Of a stretch of DNA of 64,000 nucleotides, positions 52,721 through 63,865 are shown one piece after another. The translations under genes were made by a program, and so were the position numbers. Under the pieces are notes generated by a model that saw nothing but the letters and a program-made list of their open reading frames with translations, had not been told where the DNA came from and did no database searches. How positions within the stretch are numbered: position 1 is the stretch's first letter; each line of letters starts with the position of its first letter. Origin of the DNA: Raja brachyura (taxonomy: Eukaryota); assembly GCA_963514005.1 (NCBI GenBank), contig OY740809.1, forward strand, positions 17,298,001 to 17,362,000, written 5' to 3'.

Positions 52721-55700
52721 CCTTCCTTCAAATGTCACCGATTTCTTTTCTCCAGAAATGTTGCGTGACCCATTGAGTTAACTCGGCAGATGGACAGAGA
52801 AAACAAAAGGTGAGTAAAAAAAGGTTAGCCAAGTCTGCCTGTCAGGAATGATCCCCTGATGCTGGAGACACCTGTGGGAATCTCACCTTGGCCTTTGGAA
52901 TAGAGCGACCAACAACCAATATTTCCAGATTTCCAAGGGCAGGTCTCTTCCCTTGTTTATGTGCCTTTCACATTCCGGGGGGGGGAGGGGGTTGAGCGAA
53001 TGCATTCCTGTTTGTAGGAAGGAACTGCAGATGGTGGTTTACACCAAAGACAGGCACAAAAAGCTCAGCGGGTCATGCAGCATCGCTGAAAAAAAAGAGT
53101 CTCGACCCGAAGTTTTGTGTATTCCTTTTCTCCAGAGATGCCATCTGGCCCGCTGAGTTACTCCAACTTTTTGTGTCCATCTCTTGTTTGAATAAGATTA
53201 TTTGAAAATGAAATGATCCACACCAACTCTTAAAAATAAATCGCCTTTATGTGAAAAATAAACCAATTGCAAAACTTTGCCAACAGGAAGGGGAATATCC
53301 TTTGGGGTCGTTCGCTACCAGCCGCAGTCACGGATAAAACAGTGCAGGATATGATAACATGGCCAATGATGCAGGTGTGAGGCGAGATCCCCGAAATCTG
53401 CCGACCGATGAATAAACAGGGGTGAGAAATGTACTAACCGTCAGGCTATATATTGAAAAATCCCAAAACCCGGGTTCAGTGAGTTAAAAAAAGTACATTA
53501 GACAAGAACCCTTTACAAATAGCGAAGCTTTGCGTATGGCAGCGCACACACCTGGTGAAATGTCCCAAAGGGCGGAAACAGGCCATTCGGCCCACTGAGC
53601 CAGCCGTCAAACACTCATTTACCTCAATCTCATTTCTGCCCGCATTCACATCAATTTCCCACCTGAGCCCCATTCGACCACTCACCGACACATCGGGGGA
53701 AGGTGACAGTCCTTCAGGTGTTTTTGCCATTTATTTCTCATCGAGTCATGGGTTCATAAAACACAGCAAGTGTTGAGGGGAGCATTCATACAACAAAACA
53801 GCGTGCGGGGTGCGAAAGGGAGCACTTGGGGGAAACTGCATAAAATAGTACCGGAGGTTAGAATCGAACCCGGGTCCCTGGAGCAGTGACACACGCTGCT
53901 CAAGTGAACGTATAATAAAATGAATGAGGACAGACAATAATCAGATTAATTGAACTCATCAAAGGGCGTAGATTTAACGTGAGCAGCAAGCGGAATAGAG
54001 GGCATCTGATGATTTTTTTCTCAACCCAGTAAGTACTGTAGTCGTAATCTGAGAACACGACGGAGGGAGGTTTACAAAGTATATGGGCCAGAACTGGAAT
54101 CACGGTCAGGAAGGCTATGGCTGGAATGAACATGGTGGGCGGAGGACCTGTTTCTGTGTTGTATGAACCCATGACTCGATGAGAAATGAGTGGCAAAAAC
54201 ACCTGAAGGATTGTGAGATAATGATCATGGATGACTTTTAATGGAAAGTCCACACACACAGATAGACAGCCAAGAAGAACTTCATATCTACACTCAGATG
54301 GACTGGCAGATGGAGGAGATAGGAGTTGGGGAAAGAGAGGAAAAGCCCAAGAGAAATACAGGGAAAGGGATATTGCAAAAGACAGGATGGAATCCTGAAA
54401 CGCATGTCAAAACATTTAAAAGGCATAAACACAGAGCAAATAGGTGCAGGAGTAGGCCATTCGGCTCTTCAAGCCAGCATTGCCATTCAATATGATCATG
54501 GCTGATCATCCAAAATCAGCACCCGTTTCTGTTTTCTCCCCATATCCCTTGATAACCTTAAGAAATTTAAACAGGGGAGGCTTTTTATAGTAAATAAAAA
54601 CAGCATGACATAATTTTTATCATGGGATGATTTTTCCACACATCGGGAATCGTTGTTGGCTCAAGAGTAACTCGGGAGAGGAATTTGGTAACTCGGGAGA
54701 GGAACTTGGTACAGTGCAGAAATTAGAAGTAAACGGCAGACTTAGACATACACGTGGGAACTCGTTGAAACTCGTGAACATAAACTTGGAATCTTGTAGA
54801 AAACCACGAGTTTGATTTTTTCTTTAACTTGGGATAACTCGTGGGTGGACTCGCACCGTGGGACAGGGCTGTCAGGATGTAGATCAACCACATTAATCTC
54901 TGTCGATTTAACCTTTGGCACACATATTATGCATGATACACATTCCACCATGTAATCCAGCCCGGGATTTGAGTAAGGAATGCAGTTACAGATAACAACC
55001 CTGTTCGTCCCCGAGTTTGGCTGTCTGCAAGATGATACCCGTGCAGCAGCATGTATTATTCTCTCTGCATACGCTGTAATAAAAGCTTTGCGGTTCACCT
55101 AATACTTTGTAATGGTTTGATTACAAAACAGGAGGTCTGATGATAAGCAGGGTGGGGAAGTTAATCAATTCAATTGCTGAAGTCATTAGACCAATAACAA
55201 AGAGGCCTGGCTCAATGAAGGGGATGGATAGTGTTCAATCCATTTGGAGAGTGTGATTGGGGTCAATTGTGGGATGGTGAGAATTGGTATGGTTGCAGAG
55301 GATTTCATGGGAATGGGATGGTTTCAGTCATCTTGTAGTGGTGGCGATGCTGCGGTGGACAGAGTACATATTAACAGCAGAAGCAATGCATTCTTGGGGC
55401 ATATTCAGTCCAAATTGGAAAGGTGGAGAGTTTGGTCAATTTTTATGTGTGGGTCTGAAGAAAGATCTCGACCCGAAACGTCACCCATTCCTTCTCTACA
55501 AAGATGCTGCCTGTCCTGCTGAGTTACTATTTTGTGACTATCTTTGATGTGAACCAGCATGTGCAATTCTTTCCTACACATGAACTACTCACAACATGGA
55601 CCGCATCAATTGTACCCATCCCTGTCCATAAGGATTGCTGGAAAAAGACTTGGCTCTTGGATTCCAAATCCTACATCCTCCAGCTGACAAATTTCCTCAT

Positions 55701-55995
55701 GGATCTTGAGTCCCAGTCTGCTGATATGAAAGGTAATGATCTTCTGCTGGAACATTAACATCTCAATGTATCTGTGATGGACCCATCGCCTGAAAGCAGG
55801 GTTGTCATCCTCAGAACCACACCACACTGCCCCTGCCCCTCCTCGCCATTTCCTTTAACCCATGGTGTGGGAATATAATTTAAAGCTGTCAAGTTCTAAA
55901 TATTTAAATTGAATTGATTTCCTACATTTTTATTAAATTCATTCCAATGTATACAAATTCAACTTGTAGTAATGCACTTTTTTGGATGATTCTAC

Positions 55996-57070
55996 CATAG
56001 AACATAGAACAGTACAGTGCAGCAACAGGCCCTTTGGCCCACAATGTCCACGTCTAACATGATGCCAAATTAAACAATCCCTTGAGCCGGCATCTGATTC
56101 ATATCCTTCTCTCTGCATATTCATGCACCTATCCCGAAGCATCTTAAAACTCACTATCTTACCTGCTTCCATTACCACCAACGCTGGCAGTGGGTTCCAG
56201 GCATCTACCGCTTTCTGTGTAAAAGAAAACTTGCCCTCCTTTAAACTTCTCTCTAACCCCAAAGCTATGCCCTTCCAGGCTGACATTTCTCCCCTGGGAA
56301 AAATATGCCGACTGCCTGCTCTATCTGCGCCTCTCAATTTTATAAACTTCTCAAGTTCCCCCTTAACCTCCAATGTTCCAGAGAAAACAATCCAAGTTTG
56401 TCCAACCTTTCCTTAAACCAATATCCTCTAATCCAGACAGCAACTTGGTAAATCTTTTTACATCCTCTCCAAAGCGTCCACATCATTGTGCAACCATATC
56501 TGAACAAAGTTGCCCCTGATAATGTGACTCTTATACTCAAAACCCTGACCTATCAAGCCATAGATACCAAATGCCTTCTTTCCCACCCTATCAGTGTTGC
56601 TACTTTCAGGAAGCTATGGCTTTGGACCCAATTATCCCTCTGTGTATCAATTATGTTAAGGATCCAGCTATTAACATTCCCCTTACATATGATCTCCCAA
56701 CTCGCACCTTCTCAGATTAAACATCATGTGCCTTTCTCTGTAATTGATATTTCCTGCTGTATCCTTTGTCAGCCATCTTCGCTATTTACAACTCCACTGA
56801 TATTCAAATCATATGTAAACTTACTAACCAGTCCATTGACATTTTCATCCCAGTCATTTCTATATATCACTACAGCACAAGTCCCAGCACTGATCCCCAT
56901 GGAACACTACAGGTCGCAGAGCACTGGCAAGAATACCACCCTTCCACCACAAACCGCTGGCTTCTGTGGATAAGCCAGTTCTGAATCCAAACTACCATGT
57001 CATTGTTAATGCTGTGAACCTTAATCTACAGGATCAGCTTGCCATGAGGGACCTGGTCAAATTGTCAACT
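55996..57070 (-). mobile_element. Old CR1 3' fragment
   Basis: ERLDKLGLFSLE..RLRG; F.QK.V.AWN.LP; (ttctatg) tail. Confidence 0.8.
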
Positions 57071-57174
57071 CTCCTATCGGATTCCTGTTCTGTAAAATGT
57101 AGGCTCAAATTACATAGAGTTTAGCCACAGAACAGCATGAATAAGTTCTAAAAATTCAAACAACCTGACAATAC

Positions 57175-57849
57175 CTGGGTTCCTGTATCTTGTCCAACAC
57201 ACAAGTAAGGATGCTTTGGAGTTGATTGAAGCAATGCCCTTGCTGAAGAATTCATTCTTTGATATCTGTTTGTAAAATCAAGATAAGATGGCCCTGCCAT
57301 GTGAACAGATTGGATGGCAATCTTGTTGGTTAAGTCCATGGCTTCCTCTGAACTCTCTTTGGACCAGAAGGTTGGATGTGATGTTGCTGCTTTAGCTGCA
57401 GGGTCCATGTGTAAATGTGGAATGTAGTCCGGAGAACTCGGCTCAAAAGACAGCTGGCCACAACTGAAATGCTGTCCACATATCCGAGAGTACATTGTTG
57501 GTGTCCAGCCATTTCTGGTAAGCTGGATAGCTTTTGTTATGGCTGCAGTGTGACTTCCTTTCTTCCTTATGACGGTGAACCACCGAATGTGGGTATCCTT
57601 GCCTCGACGACTTCGGCATCCAGCGACACTGCAGCAGTCTCCGTGGCTGTTTGAACGTGAAGTGGGTTTCTGAATAATTACAGATTTTGGATCAATTCCA
57701 AGCCATTGACAAAGAACTCTTTGGAAGTACACTCTCGTTCCTGAAATTGGAAGCCCATATTGCTTACAGAGCTCTCGAAGTTTGGCTTTTGGGCCTTCCC
57801 TTATCTGCTGTATGATTAATGATATTTCCTCTGCATTTATATTATCCAT
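57175..57849 (-). CDS. Intact coding exon for a SAP-domain + THAP (C2CH) zinc-finger protein
   Basis: 225 uninterrupted codons from ATG 57849 to a phase-0 donor (CAG|gtattg, exon end 57175). Acceptor ctttgtttttcag| lies 9 nt upstream (exon start 57858), with an in-frame TAA before the ATG. SAP-like KLRELCKQYGLPISGTR..F..VL; THAP CSVAGC...W.P...RICGQHF...PDYIPHL. Confidence 0.85.
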
Positions 57850-57939
57850 TGTTTAATACTGAAAAACAAAGCATCAGCACAATTAATAAATTCTTCATTA
57901 CCAACATCCTGTTATGCAGTGATCATGATCCAGTCTGTC

Positions 57940-58330
57940 ACTAAAGATGCAATTCTGCAGCATTACTTCTGATCAGAGAGAAGTGAAATCAAGCTGAGAA
58001 TATATTGGTGCCATTTTCTGATCAAATGTTAAACCAGGGAACCTGATACTTTCCTGGGCGATTAGTAAAAATGCCTAACAGTATTTAAGAATAATGGAAG
58101 AGTTGTCCCCTGTGTTCTGGCCAATATTTTTCCACACAAGTAACATCCAAACAACAAATTAGCTGATCATTGTCACCTTGCCCTCTGTGGAGCTTGCTGT
58201 GAAGAAAATGGCTGCCACATTGTTTTAATTACAACTGTGACATCATTTCAAAAGTATTTCTGCAGCTGCATAGAACTTTTGGACATTGAGATTCTAAAAG
58301 TGCTTTAGAAATGCTAATCTTTATTTTTCT
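57940..58330 (+). mobile_element. Ancient Deu-domain SINE (SacSINE1/AmnSINE1-like)
   Basis: gagttgtcccctgtgttctggccaatattt...gagcttgctgtg...aaatggctgcc...ttacaac.gtgac...ttcaaaagta resembles the Deu core and tail. Confidence 0.7.
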
Positions 58331-58344
58331 TTATTCAGGGTATC

Positions 58345-58450
58345 AGAGCAGTTCAAAAAGAATCATCTGGTTGGCCTACATCCATTGGGCATTGATAGGA
58401 GAGACAGGATTGTAAGTGCAATGACAGTCCAGGAGAGGGATAATCATAGT
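58345..58450 (-). pseudogene. CATSPERE-like pseudo-exon (TVWAYDPES region)
   Basis: ACT GTC ATT GCA [frameshift] TAC AAT CCT GTC TCT = TVIA/YNPVS, at the expected position in exon order. Boundaries are approximate. Confidence 0.4.
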
Positions 58451-59060
58451 TCTCTTGGCATGAAATGAAAGCTGATGATTTGTATATTTCTAATTGGGTT
58501 TCACAGTTGAATTGCTTGGAAGTAGCCAGTGCAGAAATTAGATATTAATTGTATGAAAATCTTCAAATGTAACAAACTGCTTTAGTTAGAACTTGCCTGC
58601 TTGGTGAAATATAAAGGTTCCAAAAAATGTAAGAATTTAAATGTTAATCTTTAAACTAGTTAAATGTTTTGTGGGTTAGCTTTAATTTATATTCTTGGTC
58701 AGAATCATTGAGTGTCAAATGCTGTGTTAAGCAAAGTCAAGGAATGAGCAGTAACTTTTTCCACACAAAGGGTGGTGGGTGTATGGAACAAGCTGCTAGA
58801 GAAGTTAATTGAGGCTGGGTGTACCCCAACATTTAAGAGACAGTTAGACAGGTACATGTCTGGAGGGATATGGACCAAGCGTAGGCAGGTGGGACTAGTG
58901 CAGCTGGGATATGTTGGCCAGTGTGGGCAAGTTGGGCCAAAGGGCCTGTTTCCACACTGTGTCACTCTATGACTCTATAAGAAAGGTTACATCTTACAAG
59001 GGCAATAAATTGTGAATATTATACATGAACACTGTCATTACATTTGTGAATTTTGCTTAC

Positions 59061-59300
59061 CGTTAAGATATGAAAGAAAGTACCGTAGAATTATTGACAA
59101 CAATTACTAGTTTCAAGGGAATTGGCGGGGCTGAAAGTTCACATTCATTCATGTATAATAAGGGTGGATATGAACGTGTGCCAGGGCCAGTTGGAGAACG
59201 TAGAATGGGGAATATCACAGGAGCAGTAATCAATAAATTATCCAAAATAGTGACATGCTATAACATGCTCCTCCCAAGTGCTGTGATTTTTTTTGTTTAA
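59061..59300 (-). pseudogene. CATSPERE-like pseudo-exon
   Basis: TWEEHVIAC...PILRSPTGPGTRSYPPLL...VIVVNNSTVLSF vs EWSVPETC...TELRCSSPGVHAIKPIV...LFVESSHTCF. Strong donor ACG|gtaagc. Confidence 0.55.
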
Positions 59301-59549
59301 TCCTGATCTCCAGTGCTTTCTGTCTGAAGTCTTCACATTTCTCTGTGACCACATGGCTTTCCCCTGAGGCCTTACAATTTCCTACTCCGGTTTCATACTT
59401 TAATGATGTTTCTGTAAATTGCCATTGTGTTGGTATGTGGTAGAATCAGAGAGGGAAGTGTTGATAGGTAGATGGGGAGAAAAACATTTGATTAGTGTAA
59501 ATGGGGGGGGAGAGAAGGTGCTCCTTCTCTCTCCCCCCCCCCCCCCCCG

Positions 59550-60872
59550 CGGATTGGAGGGTAGCTAATGATATCCCACTTTTTAAGAAAGGTGGGAGAG
59601 AGAAAACAGGGAATAATAGACCAGTTAAATTGACATCAGTGGTGGGGAAGACGCTGGAGTCAATTATTAAAGATGAAATAGCGGCACATTTGGATAGCAG
59701 CAACAGGATTGGTCCTAGTTAGCATGGAGTTGCGAAGTGGAAATCATGCTTGACTAATTTTCTGGAATATTTTGAGGATGTAACTAGGAAAATGGACAAG
59801 GGAGAGCCAGTGGATGTAGTGTACCTGGACTTTCAGAAATACTTTTTAGAGCACATGATATTGGAGGTAGGCAGGCAGTGACTAGTGGGGTACCGTAAAG
59901 CTCGGTGCTTGGACCGCAGCTATTTACAATTAATGATTTAGATAAAGGGATTAAAAGTAACATTAGCAAGTTTGCAGATGACACAAAGCTGGGTGGCAGT
60001 GTAAACTGTTATGCTAAGAGGATGCAGGGTGACTTGGACAGGTTGGGTGAGTGGGCAGATGCATGGCAGATGCAGTTTACTGTGGATACATGTGAAGTTA
60101 TCCATTTTGGTGGCAAAAACTTTGGTGTCAAGTTGCGAAAAGGGAAAGTACAATGAGATCTGGGGGTCCTTGTTCATCAGTCACTGAAAGTAAACATGCA
60201 GGTACAGCAGGCAGTGAAGAAAGCAAATGGCATGTTGGCCTTCATAACAAGAGGAGTTGAGTATAGGAGCAAAGGGGTCCTTCTGCAGTTGTACAGGGCC
60301 CTAGTGAAACCACACCTGAAGTATTGTGTGCAGTTTTGGGCTCCAAATTTGAGGACGGACGTTCTTGTTATTGACGGAGTACAGCGTAGGTTTACGAGGT
60401 TAATTCCCGGGATGGCGGGACTATCATATGTTGAAAGAATGGAGCGACTGGGCTTGTATGCATTGGAATTTAGAAGAATGAGAGGAGATCTTATTAAAAC
60501 ATATATGATTATTAACGGATTGGACACACTAGAGGCAGGAAATGTACTCAATGTTGGGGGAGTCCAGAACCAAGGGCCACAGTTTAAGAATATGGTGTAG
60601 GCTATTTAGAATGTAGATGAGGAGGTTAGAACTTTTTCACCCAAAAGGTTGTGAATCTGTGGAATCCTCTGCCTCAGAAGGCAGTGGAGGCCAATTATCT
60701 GGATGCTTTCAAGGGAGAGTTAAGTAGAGCTCTTAAAGATATCGGAGACAATGGATATGGGGAAAAGACAGGAACAGGGTACTGATCGTGGATGATCAGC
60801 CATGATCACAGTGAATGGCTGTGCTGGCTGAAAGGGCTGAATGGCCTACACCTGCAACCATTGTCTATTGTC
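59550..60872 (+). mobile_element. CR1 RT to 3' end fragment (additional CR1 tail at 58750-58980)
   Basis: DWRVAN..PLFKKG...N.RPV.LTSVVGK; KFADDTKLGG; LV.PHL.YCVQFWAP. Confidence 0.92.
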
Positions 60873-61329
60873 CTTGTTGCACCCCTCTGACTCCACTGCT
60901 GGAACTCCCACTCGTTTTCTGGACTTGCTGCCAATCCCAAATGGACAGAAGGCTCCTGGTGTGATCCATCACGAATGGGAACTTTGCAGATTCAGTTGAA
61001 TCACATTTGGATTCAGGGTTGCATTAATGGGGCAGGAGCCCTGATCAAATCAATCAATTCAAAAAGCAAATACCAACAGAATCAAGTTCTATAAAAGAGT
61101 CAAATTCCTTCAGCATATTATACAACTCTCTGTACAAGTTCTATAAAAGAGTCAAATTCCTTCAGCATATTTTTACCACAGTCACATTTCCAAGTAGCAA
61201 ATTTTACAACTTAAAAATGGACATATTACATTGTACTAAAAATGTTCCTCAGAGAACCAAAACTCTTAGTAACCCTAAAATTATTGAGAAAGAGGTAATG
61301 TCAAATCAAAGCTTTGAATCCAAGGAACC

Positions 61330-62460
61330 ACAGAATTATTGTGCACATACATTATGCCCATTGCGTGTATGCTATCTCCTAACAACATATTCAATCTCAC
61401 TCACGCCTATGTGGCCAAATTCTGCACTAACTCAATTAACAAGTTTGCAGATGACATCACTGTAAGGTTCCGGTTTAGGTTTATTTTGGTCACTTGTATC
61501 AAAGCTTTGTTTTGCATGCTGTCCAAGTGGATCAGATAATAATAATAAATAAATACAATCAAGACAAACTCAATTGCAATGGGTAGAGCAAAGGGGAAAA
61601 TACAGAATGCAAAATATAATTCTCAGCATTAAAGTGCATCAGTTCCACTGGCAAAGTCCAATGTCTGCAATGGGGTAGAGGTGAATTAGCCAGAAGGACT
61701 ATTCAGAAGCCGTTCTGAAGTATGTGCACTTTCAAGCTTCTATACTTTTTTGCCAAGGAGAAGGAGGAATGATTATGGTGGAACAAGTCTTTGATTATGT
61801 TGGTTGTTTTTCCGAGGCAACTTGAAGTGTGGATGGAGTCAATGGTGGTGTGCCTGGTCTGTGTGATCAACTGTGTAGGAAAGAACTGCAGAGCTGGCTT
61901 AAATTGAAGGTAGACTCAGAATGCTGGAGTAATTCGGCTGGATAGGCAGCATCTCTGGAGAGAAGGAATTGGTGACGTTTCAGTCTGAAGAAAGACCAGA
62001 GCTATTGTGAATAATAGGATTCTAACATAGGAGTCCTGTTGTCTTGGTGTTCAAGAAATGAGTTTAGGGCCAGGGAGATTGTGTCTGCTGTGGACCTTTT
62101 GCAATGGCAAGCAAACTGCAGTGGATTCGGACCAACTGGGAGGCTGGAGTTAATGTGCACCATCACCAGTCTCTTGAAGCACTTCGTGATGGTGGCTCTT
62201 GAACCCGCTGGACATAATGGGCTGGATCTCAATCAATGACAAGACAGAGCACAGGAAAAAGATGGAGCACTTGGTAGCAATGATGCTACCTCTTCCTCTA
62301 AGAGCTATGGACTTGGACCCCAAGATCTCTCTGTACATTAATACTGTTGAGTGTCTTGCAATTCACTATATACAGTACATTCCCCTCACACTAGAAGCAC
62401 AAGTGTCTACTTTCCCCTCACACTTAAAGTGTCCTTCCAAAGTGCAACTCCTCACACTTG
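61330..62460. mobile_element. Mosaic of old Rex-Babar, Penelope and CR1 fragments
   Basis: KFADD at 61441; KCFKRLVM...PLQFA on the minus strand at 62030-62200; Penelope terminal repeat at 61875-62000. Confidence 0.55.
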
Positions 62461-62513
62461 ACAAAACAGGTAAAAGTGCAAGCTGAGAGTAGGTGAAGAT
62501 TGTTAATATTTAC

Positions 62514-62629
62514 CATGTGAATTCATGAAAACTATTTATTGGACGAACAAATTTACAGCATCAACCTGTGACTTGAGATCTCAATGTAAACCACGTCAGG
62601 CAGGGTTTCAGGAGATTCGGTCTGACCAT
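62514..62629 (-). pseudogene. Possible first coding exon remnant of the CATSPERE-like pseudogene
   Basis: Reads MVRPNLLKPCLTWFTLRSQVTG*CCKFVRPINSFHEFT, signal-peptide-like with an in-frame stop, followed by donor TG|gtaaat. Similarity is weak. Confidence 0.3.
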
Positions 62630-63558
62630 ATCCTCGCATAGAGCCAATTTGAATCTGCTCTGTTCACATGCTTTAGGTCTTAATCATTTCATAAAACAGA
62701 GGAAAATTTACTTTGGTCACTATCTAAAAACAAAATATTTCAGAACTGATTTCACAGAAGCACAATGCAAGAACAGTGATAAAGTTGTACAGTAAATTCC
62801 TATTTGTGCGTTTCCCAAAGACTATTAAGCGACAATGTACCCCCATGGTGTTGTGTTAAATGGCGAATTAAAATGACAAGAACATTAATTGTGAGAAACG
62901 AAAAGGGAGCAGTAACCTAACTTGGTCCTTGTGACACGGTGCGACTTCATAGAGTAGACGAAGAGTAGTTAGTAGCCAAAAATAAGAGTTATAAATATGA
63001 TAGTTACTAACATATCCAAACTGAAATTCAGAAGAAACATTTTTACAATGTAAAATGTTTGATTGTAGAACTTGCTATCATGGAGTAGTTGATACTATAT
63101 AGCATAGAAGCAACATGCAAATAATATTTAAAACAATATACCACAGTCAAAATTGAGGGTTTTATTTTGAAAAGCATACTTTGTGAAACATAGATAAAAG
63201 TCCAGATAAGGATATGAGAGAAGGGGACATAACAATATTTGTGAAGGGTTAAATGAAGTAAAGGGGCTTGATTGGAACATATCTATTTCATTAGACTAGT
63301 CAGGCTCATTTTTATGTCCAGCCAAATCGCTGCCTTGCCTTATTATCTCATATTATATCTCATATTATATCATATCTCATATTACCGATTATGCTCCAAC
63401 CATTTAGTAATTGTTTGATAATATCTATTCACCATCAATTACATTAATACCCAAAGTAAATAAATAATTCTAATTCCTTGCACAAAGCATGTTTATTGCA
63501 GAGGAGAGTATATAAGGAAAGTACCTGAGATTCTAAGTCGAATTAAATTAGATTATTA

Positions 63559-63865
63559 AGCCGCTGTCCCACTGTACGAGGTAATTCACGAGTTCTCCCG
63601 AGTTTCCCCTGATTTGAACTTGGAAAATTATGGTAATAACCATTCATAGGTACTCGGGGACTATCGTGGACACTCTCCGCACTGTTGAAAAAACTTCACG
63701 AGCTTACCGCGTTTCCCGAGTACCTGCCGTTAGCGTTACGCGCCGCTAAGAGATGTCCTGAGCTCCGAAGTACCCACTAAGTACATTCTACGTACTTACC
63801 ACGAGTTTGATTTTATTTTAACTCGGGAGAGCTCTCGGGTAAACTCGTATAGTGGGACAGGGCCT
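63559..63865. mobile_element. PIF/Harbinger MITE
   Basis: TIR agccgctgtcccact...agtgggacagggcct; TSD TTA on both sides. Confidence 0.85.

Larger units (their letters stand above)
51265..54871. mobile_element. Harbinger-type non-autonomous DNA transposon (3.6 kb) in the Gypsy 3' region
   Basis: About 40-bp TIR ccctgtcccac.gtgcgagtccacccacgagttatccc at both ends; TSD imperfect (tcc/tca); contains CR1, SINE and Penelope pieces. Confidence 0.8.
42661..55130 (+). mobile_element. Gypsy LTR retrotransposon with nested insertions (LTRs 42661-42923 and 54878-55130)
   Basis: 5-bp TSD ggagg; PBS tggtgtcagaag at 42925; gag from 43008; protease KINTGARCN; RT LDA..SFWQ and VDDIL; RNase H; integrase NGSQF / PQSNG..DRAV. 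Many stops. Confidence 0.92.
5895..62629 (-). pseudogene. CATSPERE: Decayed multi-exon CatSper auxiliary subunit epsilon-like (CATSPERE/C1orf101-like) pseudogene; 3' exons probably lie left of the window
   Basis: About 11 unique islands on the minus strand translate, across stops and frameshifts, to peptides resembling human CATSPERE in the correct order. Examples: LRSPTGPG~LRCSSPG; TVIA/YNPVS~TVWAYDPES; SLSNKP~TLGQKP; GTW; WTR/ITEPPTL~WTRIRVPPDIL; LING; ILLWDDEQIY~LLLWNKHSIY; M*NNVL*Y~MENNVIFY; KLHW~KLHLW; CPHL~CPYM; TKTL. Compared from memory, not by a search. Confidence 0.7.

Noticed and set aside
55606-55827. Candidate second exon for the SAP-THAP gene
   Set aside because: No good acceptor or homology seen; flanked by repeats.
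58339-58411. Plus-strand AG...GT mini-exon
   Set aside because: The acceptor derives from the SINE T-rich tail and no partner plus-strand exons were found.
61083-61171. 37-bp direct duplication
   Set aside because: Ordinary local duplication with a short spacer; no element structure.
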